Positions 22,270-33,139 of a DNA stretch of 35,392 nucleotides are shown here, one piece after another (position 1 is the first letter of the stretch; each line of letters opens with the position of its first letter). The position numbers were made by a program, and so were the translations under genes. The stretch comes from an uncultured Planctomycetales bacterium. Its GTDB lineage: Bacteria; Omnitrophota; Gorgyraeia; Gygaellales; Profunditerraquicolaceae. The stretch spans positions 1-35,392 of the forward strand of contig CAZSQC010000004.1 of NCBI GenBank assembly GCA_964608955.1, read 5' to 3'. A model generated the notes under the pieces. It was not told where the DNA came from. It saw only the letters and a list, made by a program, of their open reading frames with translations, and made no database searches.

Positions 22270-23058
22270 TTAACTTGCTACTTCCTTAAGTTTATTATAA
22301 AGCATTACAAAAATACAAACGGTAAGAGGTATTACCAGCGAATTTGTCAGCATGTTCTGATAAATAATAAGAACTGCCGGCGCCCTCATTGTAAAAAGAA
22401 AAAGCGGCAGCAACACTAGAAGATATAAAGCCATAACCAACAGGAATTCGGCAACAACCGCGTTAACCCGGCTTTTAATCAAATTAAAGCTTGTCTTAAT
22501 AGAAACGAGCGGGCCGCTGTTTTCAGAAGCGCAGGATACTTGAGCAAGGGCCAGTCTAATCGCAAAATAAACTGCCCCGGCTATGCATATGGCTATAAGC
22601 GAACCGAAAAGCGCGGAGCCTAAGAAAACATTCTGCATTTTTGGAAAATTAACTACCAGCCCCGCAGCAAGGAAGAGGCCGACGATAGAAATTCCGCCGA
22701 CAATTAGGCTGCTTAATAAGACTGTTGAAATAAATTTGAGGAATACTCTACCGGGTGCTTTCATGGCCGTAATCAGGCTAATTTGCTCTTTCCTCTGGAT
22801 TGCCTGGGCAGCTAAAATAAGGCTCGCCATAACCCAAGTGTCAAAAAGCCAGCGCACAATACCTACAAGTATTCCCAAAAAACCTGTTTTCAGCGGCAGG
22901 GGAACAACAAAAATCTGCGCGGATTCAATCGGCAGATGAAAAATAAGATAAAGCCCCGCGAGCTTCAGCCAGCTCGTTTTCCAATCTATTATGCCCTGTA
23001 GAAAAATTGACCAGGGTTTTATTTTTTTGTCTTTTAAGCTTTCGGTTAAGTCTTGCAT
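22270..23058 (-). CDS. polytopic membrane protein, function unknown
   Basis: 262 aa with about six hydrophobic helices by eye ([93 protein letters not shown]). It is packed between gyrB and gyrA, with 1 nt separating it from the gyrA start. I recognise no family signature. Confidence 0.7.
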   Translation of the reverse strand: MQDLTESLKDKKIKPWSIFLQGIIDWKTSWLKLAGLYLIFHLPIESAQIFVVPLPLKTGFLGILVGIVRWLFDTWVMASLILAAQAIQRKEQISLITAMKAPGRVFLKFISTVLLSSLIVGGISIVGLFLAAGLVVNFPKMQNVFLGSALFGSLIAICIAGAVYFAIRLALAQVSCASENSGPLVSIKTSFNLIKSRVNAVVAEFLLVMALYLLVLLPLFLFTMRAPAVLIIYQNMLTNSLVIPLTVCIFVMLYNKLKEVAS

Positions 23059-23085
23059 ATCATACCTCCTTGCTAGCCTGGAGAA

Positions 23086-25820
<2,735 letters not shown>

Positions 25821-25821
25821 A

Positions 25822-26913
25822 CTAATTGAGGCGCATCGGTAAAACAATGTAGGTATAACCGTTTATACGTATTACTCCCGGCTTTTCGCTATCCGTAACC
25901 TCTAAATCTATAGCATCATCATCCAGGTTTTTCAAAACATCTATTATATAAGACGGATTAAACCCTATTACCAGTTCTTTTCCTTGATACACTACATTAA
26001 CTTCTTCTCTCGACTCGCCTACATCGGGAGTTGCCTTTGAAACCACAAGCTTGTTTTTAAAAATTTCTAGCTTAACCGCCTGGTAGTCCGGTGTAGAAAG
26101 CAACGCCGCACGTTTTACTGCCAGCAAAAAGGCCTCCCTGTCAACATGCATCTTGTTCTCCGATGGTACTGGAATCACCTGCTTATAATCCGGAAATTCC
26201 CCGTCGATTAAGCGCGAAATAATCATTATACCGCCTAAATCAAACAAGATCTGATTGCTACCCAAAATCAAAGAAACCTCCCCCTCGTCTTTCAGGTTAC
26301 GGACCAACTCGTGTATAGTTTTTATGGGAACAATTATATCAATGGCTTTTCCGAGATCCGAACGCAAGCCTCTTTCGGCAACAGCCAATCTTTTTCCGTC
26401 GGTTGCGACCATGCTAATTTTATTTTTATTAATCCTAAAAAGAATGCCGTTTAGAACATAGCGCGTTTCGTCCACAGAGACAGAAAAAGATGTGAGGTTT
26501 AACATTTCTTTTAAAACCTCCTGGTCCACCTTAACTACTTCTTTGTCCTTAAACTCCGGGATTTTAGGAAACTCCTCTTTAGCTATACCCATAACCTTAA
26601 ACTGGCACCCCCCGGACTCAACGCTAACCTGGTTGTTTTTTTTGGCATTAATTAAAACGTTTTCTTGCGGAAGCTCTTTAATAATGTCGCTAAACCTTTT
26701 TGCCGGAACAGTAACCCCCCCTGCTTCCTGGATATCCACCGGTATTTCACAGGTTATCCCGATGTCTAAATCCGTTGCGGTTAGCCTTAACAGGCCCTGC
26801 TGCGTCTCCATTAAAACGTTGGAAAGAATAGGTAAGCTCACCTTGGCGATTATAACATTTTGAACTGTCTGGAGCCCGAATTGTAAAACTCCTTTTTCTA
26901 CCTTGAACTTCAT
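25822..26913 (-). CDS. dnaN: DNA polymerase III beta sliding clamp
   Basis: 363 aa immediately after dnaA. The sequence has a three-domain clamp-like periodicity and typical N-terminus MKFKVEKGVLQFGLQTVQ. The SD AAGGAGAG lies upstream. Confidence 0.9.
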   Translation of the reverse strand: MKFKVEKGVLQFGLQTVQNVIIAKVSLPILSNVLMETQQGLLRLTATDLDIGITCEIPVDIQEAGGVTVPAKRFSDIIKELPQENVLINAKKNNQVSVESGGCQFKVMGIAKEEFPKIPEFKDKEVVKVDQEVLKEMLNLTSFSVSVDETRYVLNGILFRINKNKISMVATDGKRLAVAERGLRSDLGKAIDIIVPIKTIHELVRNLKDEGEVSLILGSNQILFDLGGIMIISRLIDGEFPDYKQVIPVPSENKMHVDREAFLLAVKRAALLSTPDYQAVKLEIFKNKLVVSKATPDVGESREEVNVVYQGKELVIGFNPSYIIDVLKNLDDDAIDLEVTDSEKPGVIRINGYTYIVLPMRLN

Positions 26914-27051
26914 TTTACTCTCCTTACTATTTATAATTATAATATAAAAAAATAATAAAAGTAATAATATCTTCTTATTTTGTTAAAAAGAACAAAACCC
27001 CTATATTTTTAAGGAGTTACAATAAGAAGAACCTTTGGAAAACCCGTTAAC
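26914..27051. other. strongly AT-rich dnaA-dnaN spacer (candidate DNA-unwinding element)
   Basis: The stretch at about 26925..26990 is almost entirely A/T (tatttataattataatataaaaaaataataaaagtaataatatcttcttattttg). I found no good DnaA box inside it. Confidence 0.35.
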
Positions 27052-28389
27052 TCAGCGCTTTATTACTTGAATTAGTTTTTCAAGCCGTTCTTTTAATTCC
27101 GTATCGCTATTAAAAAGCTCCTTAATTTTATTATATGAATGCAAAACCGTTGTGTGGTCCTTTCCGCCAAAAAACCCTCCGATCTCAGGCAGCGAAAGAT
27201 CGGTTAATTCTCTACTTAAATACATGGCTATCTGCCTGGGCAAAACTATGTTTTTATTTCTACGCCTTGTTTTTATATCGGATAGCGCTATTCCGAACTC
27301 TTCCGCAACGCAGCGCTGTATAAAATCCACTGTTATTAATTTTTTAGGCTCTTTTAATAAGTCCTTGAGGACCTCTCTTGTTAATTCCATTGTTATGGGC
27401 TTTTCCTCCATAAGAGAATAAGCCATTGTTCTTACCAGAGCGCCCTCTAATTCACGGATATTTGTTTTTATTAACTGGGCGATAAAAAAAACAACGTCGT
27501 CAGGAACGCTGACCGGCTCGCGTTCAATCTTCTTTTTTAAAATAGCAACCCTTGTTTCTAGGTCCGGAGGCTTTATTTCGGTAGTTAATCCCCAGCTAAA
27601 CCTAGAGACAAGCCTTTCCTGTAAATCCGCGATTTCCTTCGGCGGGCGATCCGACGAAAGTATTATTTGTTTGTGTGCGTCGTAAAGAGCATTAAAAGTA
27701 TTAAAAAATTCTTCTTGCGATGAATCTTTTCCTCCGAAGAAATGCACATCGTCAATAACCAATATGTCAGCGTTGCGGTATTTATTCCTGAATTGGTCTG
27801 TGGAGCGGTGTTGGATCGCGTTAATAAGCTCGTTTGTAAACTGCTCCGAAGGAAGGTACGCGATTTTTAGTTTTCCGGAAAAGCCCTCTTGGGCCTTGTG
27901 GCAGATAGCCTGAATAAGGTGAGTTTTGCCCAGCCCCACCCCGCCATAGATAAACAGAGGATTATAGGCTTTAGCCGGAGAATCAGCTACTGCTATGGAA
28001 CAAGCATGGGCATGCTTGTTAGACTGCCCTATAACAAAATTTTCAAAAGTGTAACGGTTGTTCAGTTTTAACCCGAAGGGGTTAGATTTTTCAGCCCCCG
28101 TGTTTTTTAAAAAGTGCTCCGGAGTTTTTGTGGTCTCTTCATTTTTGGCGTTTTCCAGAAGGAGTGAGATTTTCTTGCCAGCAACAATCGAAAGCGCCTC
28201 TTCAATTATAGCAAAGTAATTTTTCTTAACCCAATCCTTAAAAAAAGCATCCGGGGCCTCAAGGGTAATCGATTCCCCATTAAAATCCTTTTGCTTAATA
28301 GGCAATATCCAGGCCTCAAAAGCAGCTATTTCTAGCCTCCCTTTTAGGAGTTCTTGCGCCTTTAACCAAATGTTTTCCGAGGTATGCAT
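27052..28389 (-). CDS. dnaA: chromosomal replication initiator protein DnaA
   Basis: 445 aa with the AAA+ Walker A motif GGVGLGKTHL, Walker B ILVIDDVHFF and the C-terminal DNA-binding domain (GGKDHTTVLHSYNKI). Confidence 0.95.
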   Translation of the reverse strand: MHTSENIWLKAQELLKGRLEIAAFEAWILPIKQKDFNGESITLEAPDAFFKDWVKKNYFAIIEEALSIVAGKKISLLLENAKNEETTKTPEHFLKNTGAEKSNPFGLKLNNRYTFENFVIGQSNKHAHACSIAVADSPAKAYNPLFIYGGVGLGKTHLIQAICHKAQEGFSGKLKIAYLPSEQFTNELINAIQHRSTDQFRNKYRNADILVIDDVHFFGGKDSSQEEFFNTFNALYDAHKQIILSSDRPPKEIADLQERLVSRFSWGLTTEIKPPDLETRVAILKKKIEREPVSVPDDVVFFIAQLIKTNIRELEGALVRTMAYSLMEEKPITMELTREVLKDLLKEPKKLITVDFIQRCVAEEFGIALSDIKTRRRNKNIVLPRQIAMYLSRELTDLSLPEIGGFFGGKDHTTVLHSYNKIKELFNSDTELKERLEKLIQVIKR

Positions 28390-28404
28390 TATGTTATTAA
28401 CAAT

Positions 28405-28435
28405 TTATCCACACCTTGAATAAATCTGTGGAAAA
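28405..28435. promoter_or_regulatory. pair of convergent DnaA boxes next to the dnaA start
   Basis: TTATCCACA (28405..28413) is a perfect match to the consensus. TGTGGAAAA (28427..28435) matches TGTGGATAA at 8/9. Confidence 0.7.
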
Positions 28436-28521
28436 TTATTTTATCTAAAACTCCTCTTCCCGCGTTAGGATTAAAGCAGGTATTATAAGATGGAAAGCGT
28501 ATTTTCTACAACAGCAAAGAA

Positions 28522-28549
28522 ATTATAACAGAAACAAAACTAGTTGCAA
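28522..28549 (-). promoter_or_regulatory. candidate dnaA promoter
   Basis: Minus strand reads TTGCAA (28549..28544), 16 nt, then TGtTATAAT (hexamer 28527..28522). The transcript would cross the DnaA boxes at 28405..28435, which fits autoregulation. Confidence 0.55.
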
Positions 28550-28689
28550 GTAAAAAAGATAAACGTCAATAATTATACTGCAAACTAAGGAAACGTCAAA
28601 TAAAAAAAATCAAAGAGGTCCCGTTTTTTTAGATACAGCTCTTTGTACGAGCAGAATAAAGAGGAAAGTGTCGGGCTTTCCCGACGGGC

Positions 28690-28719
28690 TGTGGAAAAGC
28701 TGGCCGCTTTTGTGTATAA
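28690..28719. promoter_or_regulatory. two further DnaA-box-like sites
   Basis: TGTGGAAAA (28690..28698) and TGTGTATAA (28711..28719) each match TGTGGATAA at 8/9. Confidence 0.5.
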
Positions 28720-28744
28720 ACCGCCTCCCGGAATAAATTACCCA

Positions 28745-28772
28745 TTGACGAGATACGCGTTTGTGTTATAAT
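28745..28772 (+). promoter_or_regulatory. candidate rpmH operon promoter
   Basis: TTGACG (28745..28750), 16 nt, then TGtTATAAT (hexamer 28767..28772), about 40 nt upstream of the rpmH ATG. Confidence 0.6.
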
Positions 28773-28811
28773 TATCAACCATTCTATAAAAGCTAAGGTT
28801 AGGGAGGAGAA

Positions 28812-28949
28812 ATGAAAAAAAATATAAAAACACCGACTAACATAGTTGGAAAGAGAAAATTGGGATTCCGTAAAAAAATGGCTTCCCGCAACGGAAGAAA
28901 GGTTTTATCCAGGAGAAGGCGCAAAGGCAGAAAGAAAATCTGCCGGTGA
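28812..28949 (+). CDS. rpmH: 50S ribosomal protein L34
   Basis: Too short for the ORF track, so I translated it by hand: MKKNIKTPTNIVGKRKLGFRKKMASRNGRKVLSRRRRKGRKKICR (45 aa). This is the typical L34 pattern (G.R.RM.t.nGRkVL..RR.KGRk.L). A strong SD, AGGGAGGAG, lies at 28801..28809. Confidence 0.9.
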   Translation: MKKNIKTPTNIVGKRKLGFRKKMASRNGRKVLSRRRRKGRKKICR

Positions 28950-29164
28950 TGCTAAAAAAGTTACTTATTTTCCTGATTAATGTTTACCAGGCTATTTTGA
29001 GGGGGATTCTTCCTGTTTCGTGCCGTTTTGAGCCAAGCTGCTCAGAATATACCAAGCAGGCAATTTTAAAATACGGACCTTTTAAAGGACCATTATTGGG
29101 ATTAAGAAGGGTTTTTTTGTGCCATCCTTTTTCAGGCAAATCCGGATATTACCCATTGGAGTAA
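28949..29164 (+). CDS. yidD: membrane protein insertion efficiency factor YidD
   Basis: 71 aa with the YidD signature CRFEPSCSEYTKQAILKYG. The ATG overlaps the rpmH TGA by 1 nt (TGATG). The ORF track uses the GTG 3 nt upstream. Confidence 0.85.
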   Translation: MLKKLLIFLINVYQAILRGILPVSCRFEPSCSEYTKQAILKYGPFKGPLLGLRRVFLCHPFSGKSGYYPLE

Positions 29165-29168
29165 AATT

Positions 29169-30683
29169 ATGGAAAAACGTTTGATTTTAGCAATAGCATT
29201 ATCCCTTATAGTATTGATAAGCTGGTCTTTTATTGTACCAAAGCCGCAACATGTTGCTACACAAGATGTTGTGGAAAAGAATATTGTTAGTATTGAAAAC
29301 GCGGTTGCTATACAAGAACTCTTAATAAGTCAGTCAAAAAATGAACCCTTGGTTTTCAAGACCGATAATTTTGAGGTATTTTTTAATAAGCCTCTCGGTG
29401 CAATTGAAAAAATTGTTTTTAGCAAGTATAAAGATCACAATTTTTTACTGGGAAAAGGCTTTTTAATTAATAATAAAAATATTGTTTTTCAGAAAAGCGA
29501 GCAAAAAGACAAGGCTATTGTTTTTAAGTACTCAGGCCCGGACCTGAATATAGAAAAGAAGTTCACATTTCATAACTCTAGCTATAGCATAGATTTAGAG
29601 ATAACGGCGACTAATACTTCAAAACAGGAAGTTACGCTCCAGATGCCTTTAGTAATAGGTAATTTGGATCTTTCCTCTAAGAACCCACAGACTAGATTCA
29701 TAGACACGGCTCTCATGAATAGCGAAACAGAGCTCTATTCCAATGGCCACAAGAATCTTTCTCTTCCAAATATTAAGTTTATAGGCTTTAGGGATCAATA
29801 TTTTACTGCGTTACTTTCCCCTGTCAATTTTACTGCTGAAGGATATATAAATAAAGAAAGCAATCAATCCTCTGAAATAGGAGTTAATGTCCAAAATGAA
29901 AAAATAGCACCTGGAAAGCAGATTGGACATTTATATAAAATTTACCTAGGCCCTCAAGATGTAAACTTAATTAATTCAGTTAATCCTGATTGGGCCAAAA
30001 TTGTGAGATACGGGCCAAGGCTCCTTGATTTTATCTCACAAATTCTTTTACAAACTTTAAAAGCTATTTATGGCATAGTTCGCAATTGGGGCATTGCCAT
30101 TATACTTTTAAGCATACTGGTGTATTTAATTTTATATCCGCTTTCCCTTAAACAAATGCGCTCTATGAAAGAGATGCAAATTTTGCAGCCTAAGGTGGAG
30201 GAAATAAGAAAGGCTTATAAAGATAATCCGCAGAAGATGAATAAAGAGATTATGGAGCTTTATAGAGAGCATAAGGTTAATCCTTTGGGAGGGTGCTTGC
30301 CATTATTACTACAGATGCCCATATTTTTTGCTCTTTACAATGCCTTAATTAGATCAATTTCCCTTAAAGGAGCTGGTTTCTTATGGATTAAGGATTTGTC
30401 AGAACCAGATAAGCTTTATGTTTTTGAAAAAGCACTTCCGCTTCTCGGGAAGGATTTAAACATATTACCAATAATAATGGCTATTGGAATGTTCTTTCAG
30501 CAAAAAATTTCCTCGTCTTCCATGACTGGATCAGCGGCTGAGCAGCAGAAGATAATGTTTGTTGTTATGCCTATTATGTTTGGTATAATATTTTATAGGA
30601 TGCCTTCCGGGCTTGTTTTATACTGGTTTGTTAACAGCATCCTTATGTTAATTTTTCAGTTACGTATGCAAAGGTCAAAATGA
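29169..30683 (+). CDS. yidC: membrane protein insertase YidC
   Basis: 504 aa with an N-terminal TM helix, a large periplasmic domain of about 270 aa and the conserved C-terminal core (KVNPLGGCLPLLLQMPIFFALY, PSGLVLYWFVNSILMLIFQ). Confidence 0.92.
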   Translation: MEKRLILAIALSLIVLISWSFIVPKPQHVATQDVVEKNIVSIENAVAIQELLISQSKNEPLVFKTDNFEVFFNKPLGAIEKIVFSKYKDHNFLLGKGFLINNKNIVFQKSEQKDKAIVFKYSGPDLNIEKKFTFHNSSYSIDLEITATNTSKQEVTLQMPLVIGNLDLSSKNPQTRFIDTALMNSETELYSNGHKNLSLPNIKFIGFRDQYFTALLSPVNFTAEGYINKESNQSSEIGVNVQNEKIAPGKQIGHLYKIYLGPQDVNLINSVNPDWAKIVRYGPRLLDFISQILLQTLKAIYGIVRNWGIAIILLSILVYLILYPLSLKQMRSMKEMQILQPKVEEIRKAYKDNPQKMNKEIMELYREHKVNPLGGCLPLLLQMPIFFALYNALIRSISLKGAGFLWIKDLSEPDKLYVFEKALPLLGKDLNILPIIMAIGMFFQQKISSSSMTGSAAEQQKIMFVVMPIMFGIIFYRMPSGLVLYWFVNSILMLIFQLRMQRSK

Positions 30684-30880
30684 AGGAAGAGGGTTTTATT
30701 GAGGTAGAGGGAGATTCGGTAGAAGAGGCAATAAAGAAAGCTCTCCGGGAGCTGAAGGTTCCTCGTAAGAAAGCCAAAATAGAAGTAATTAGCGAAGAGG
30801 CTAAAGGCCTTTTTGGCATGCCTGGAGCTAAGCCAGCCAAGGTGCGTGTAACTATTTTAAAGGATGGAAAAAACACTTGA
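30680..30880 (+). CDS. Jag_N-domain-only protein (short Jag/KhpB homologue)
   Basis: 66 aa in the conserved post-yidC position, with a 4-nt ATGA overlap. VEGDSVEEAIKKALRELKVPRKKAKIEVISEEAKGLFG matches the Jag N-terminal domain pattern. No KH or R3H region follows. Confidence 0.65.
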   Translation: MKEEGFIEVEGDSVEEAIKKALRELKVPRKKAKIEVISEEAKGLFGMPGAKPAKVRVTILKDGKNT

Positions 30881-30905
30881 CATCCTTTGTGTATTTTAAG
30901 ATAAT
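30877..30905 (+). promoter_or_regulatory. candidate parAB promoter
   Basis: TTGACA (30877..30882, overlapping the jag stop), a 17-nt spacer, then GATAAT (30900..30905). Confidence 0.55.
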
Positions 30906-30935
30906 ATCTTTGGCAGTATGGATAGAATAACGAAA

Positions 30936-30951
30936 TGTTTCGCGTGGAACA
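30936..30951. promoter_or_regulatory. parS-like site
   Basis: TGTTTCGCGTGGAACA matches the parS consensus TGTTTCACGTGAAACA at 14/16 (A to G at positions 7 and 12). It lies 23 nt upstream of the parA ATG. Confidence 0.6.
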
Positions 30952-30973
30952 ATGCGTAACCATATAGATATCA

Positions 30974-31771
30974 ATGGGTAAGGTAATCGCAATCTGTAAT
31001 CAGAAGGGAGGGGTTGGTAAAACTACCTCCGCAATTAATATTTCTGTTTTTCTTGCTGTAGCAGGCAAGAAAACAATGTTAATTGACCTTGATCCTCAGG
31101 CGAATGCTACAAGCGGCATAGGCCTTAATAAACACAGTATAGTAAAAAGCACATACCATGTTCTCTTGGAAGAGTTGGACATTAAAGACGTACTCCTGCC
31201 CACCGAGATAAAAAATCTTTTTATAGCTCCGTCTAATCTTGATTTAACAGGTGCCGAAGTTGAGTTAGTTGGTTCGCTGGGAAGAGAGTATCGTCTAAAA
31301 AGAGCCCTGGAGAAAGTAAGGCCCGAATACGATTTTATTATTATAGACTCACCCCCGTCTTTGGGGCTTTTGACTATCAATGGTTTATGCGCCGCAGATT
31401 CGGTTCTTATCCCGGTTCAGTGTGAGTATTATGCGCTGGAGGGCTTAACACAGCTGAATAATACCATTAAGTTAGTAAAAGACAATATAAATCAGAACCT
31501 TTATATTGAAGGCGTTTTGCTTACTATGGCAGATTTCAGGACGAATCTAACTAAAGAAGTAATACAAGAGGCGAGAAATCATTTTAAAGACAAAGTTTAC
31601 AATACTGTAATTCCCCGTAACATACGCCTCACAGAAGCCCCGAGTTTCGGAAAGCCGATATTTATTTATGATAAGGATTCTCTAGGAGCCCAAAAGTATG
31701 AAGAATTATGCCGCGAGATTTTAGGTTTACCTTTAGGTCCTAAAGAAGCTAAATTAGAAGGAGAGCTTTAA
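30974..31771 (+). CDS. parA: chromosome partitioning ATPase ParA/Soj
   Basis: 265 aa with the deviant Walker A motif NQKGGVGKTT, followed by IIIDSPPSLG and VIPRNIRLTEAPSFGKPI. Confidence 0.92.
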   Translation: MGKVIAICNQKGGVGKTTSAINISVFLAVAGKKTMLIDLDPQANATSGIGLNKHSIVKSTYHVLLEELDIKDVLLPTEIKNLFIAPSNLDLTGAEVELVGSLGREYRLKRALEKVRPEYDFIIIDSPPSLGLLTINGLCAADSVLIPVQCEYYALEGLTQLNNTIKLVKDNINQNLYIEGVLLTMADFRTNLTKEVIQEARNHFKDKVYNTVIPRNIRLTEAPSFGKPIFIYDKDSLGAQKYEELCREILGLPLGPKEAKLEGEL

Positions 31772-32616
31772 TGGAGAGGAGAGCCCTGGGTAAAGGTATA
31801 AGCGCTTTAATACCGGAGAAGGAAGCCGGAGTAAAAAACGAAATTTTATTTGTTCAGCCGGAACAAATAAAGCCTAATCCATTTCAACCGAGAGAAGAAT
31901 TTGATTCACAGCACATCGAAGAGCTTGCTCAGTCAATAAAGGAGAAGGGGATAATCCAGCCTTTATTGGTCCGTAGAAAAGGAGACCACTATGAGCTAAT
32001 TGCCGGGGAAAGAAGACTCCGTGCTTGTAACTCGTTGGGGCTCAAGGAGATACCAATCATCATAAAAGAAGTCGATGACCGGGATTCTTTGGAATATGCT
32101 TTGATCGAAAATATCCAGAGGGAAAGTTTAAACCCCATAGAGGAAGCGCATGCTTATCAACACTTAATGGATAAGTTCCAAATGACTCAGGATAAAATGA
32201 GTCAAGGCCTTGGAAAATCCAGGACCGCAATAGCAAATACTTTACGGCTTTTAAAATTGCCGCATGAAATACAGGACGAGATAAAAAAGGGGAGAATATC
32301 TTTTGCCCACGGAAGAGCATTATTGGAGCTCGATGACGCAAATTTACAAAGGCGCTTGGCGCAGGAGATAGTCGCAAAAAACTTATCTGTGAGAGAGCTG
32401 GAGAGCCTTATAAAAACTCGTCGCGTAAAAACATTTAAACCGAAGGTGAAAAAACCATTGGAACCTTATATCGCGGTTCTGGAGGAAGAACTACAGCACC
32501 TTTTGTCGACAAAGGTCCGGATAAATAAGATGAAAAAAAGAGGGAATATTTCCATTGAGTTTTACTCTTCCGAGGAGTTGGATCGGATTATTAATATAAT
32601 GAGAGGGGGTAAGTAG
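31771..32616 (+). CDS. parB: chromosome partitioning protein ParB/Spo0J
   Basis: 281 aa with the ParB boxes IQPLLVRR and IAGERRLRA and an HTH region (QDKMSQGLGKSRTAIANTLRLLKL). Its ATG overlaps the parA TAA by 1 nt (TAATG). Confidence 0.92.
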   Translation: MERRALGKGISALIPEKEAGVKNEILFVQPEQIKPNPFQPREEFDSQHIEELAQSIKEKGIIQPLLVRRKGDHYELIAGERRLRACNSLGLKEIPIIIKEVDDRDSLEYALIENIQRESLNPIEEAHAYQHLMDKFQMTQDKMSQGLGKSRTAIANTLRLLKLPHEIQDEIKKGRISFAHGRALLELDDANLQRRLAQEIVAKNLSVRELESLIKTRRVKTFKPKVKKPLEPYIAVLEEELQHLLSTKVRINKMKKRGNISIEFYSSEELDRIINIMRGGK

Positions 32617-32618
32617 CG

Positions 32619-33125
32619 ATGAATCAAGCGGTTTTAATTCTTATTAAACCCGACGGGCTTAAAAAATCTTTAACGGGCAATATTTTAACGCGCCTTTCAG
32701 AAACAAAACTTGAAATCGTCGCCGCTAAAATGGTACGGGTTTCCAAGGAATTAGCCGAAAACCATTACAGGCATTTAAAGGATAAGCCTTTTTTCAATGA
32801 CATTATTAAATATTTACAGGGCGAGTTGCATAATCGTAAAAAGGTTATGGCTTTAGTTTATTGGGGAGAAGATGCTATTAAGAAATGCAGGGAATTAGCA
32901 GGCTCTACTAATCCGGAAGAAGCAGACCCTACTTCGATCAGGGGTTCTTACGGCCGCATTACAACCTCGGGAGTGTATGAAAACGTAATACATGTTTCAT
33001 CTGACCCCGTAGATGCCGAAAGAGAGATAAAAATGTGGTTTTCGCCCGATGAGATTATAGTGGAGCTTTATCCGAAGAAAGAAGCGGTTGAAAAAGAAAT
33101 TAAAAGGATGGTTTGGGCTTCTTGA
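32619..33125 (+). CDS. ndk: nucleoside-diphosphate kinase (long form)
   Basis: 168 aa with LILIKPDG, the RGSYG region, the active-site His context NVIHVSSD and AEREIKMWF. A tail of about 25 aa extends past the usual C-terminus. Confidence 0.85.
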   Translation: MNQAVLILIKPDGLKKSLTGNILTRLSETKLEIVAAKMVRVSKELAENHYRHLKDKPFFNDIIKYLQGELHNRKKVMALVYWGEDAIKKCRELAGSTNPEEADPTSIRGSYGRITTSGVYENVIHVSSDPVDAEREIKMWFSPDEIIVELYPKKEAVEKEIKRMVWAS

Positions 33126-33139
33126 TAAGAGGTGTATAA

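Larger units (their letters stand above)
28390..28811. other. candidate oriC / divergent dnaA-rpmH control region
   Basis: All genes to the left are on the minus strand and all genes to the right are on the plus strand, so transcription switches strand here. The region holds one perfect and three 8/9 DnaA boxes and has no ORF. Confidence 0.6.

Noticed and set aside
25821-25847. The upstream ATG at 25847, which would extend the DUF721-like ORF to 103 aa.
   Set aside because: It would overlap dnaN by 26 nt and add MFYRCASIS. The ATG at 25820 starts 1 nt after the dnaN stop and seems more plausible. This remains unresolved without homologue alignment.
28668-28688. A GC hairpin GTCGGG-CTTT-CCCGAC in the origin spacer, considered as a terminator or small RNA.
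   Set aside because: No U-tract follows on either strand and there is no flanking conserved structure that I can recognise. I note it only as part of the oriC region.
30643-30963. A 106-aa minus-strand ORF across the yidC end, jag and the parA leader.
   Set aside because: It is antisense to jag and to the promoter/parS region, and it lies in a block where every real gene is on the plus strand. It has no motifs.
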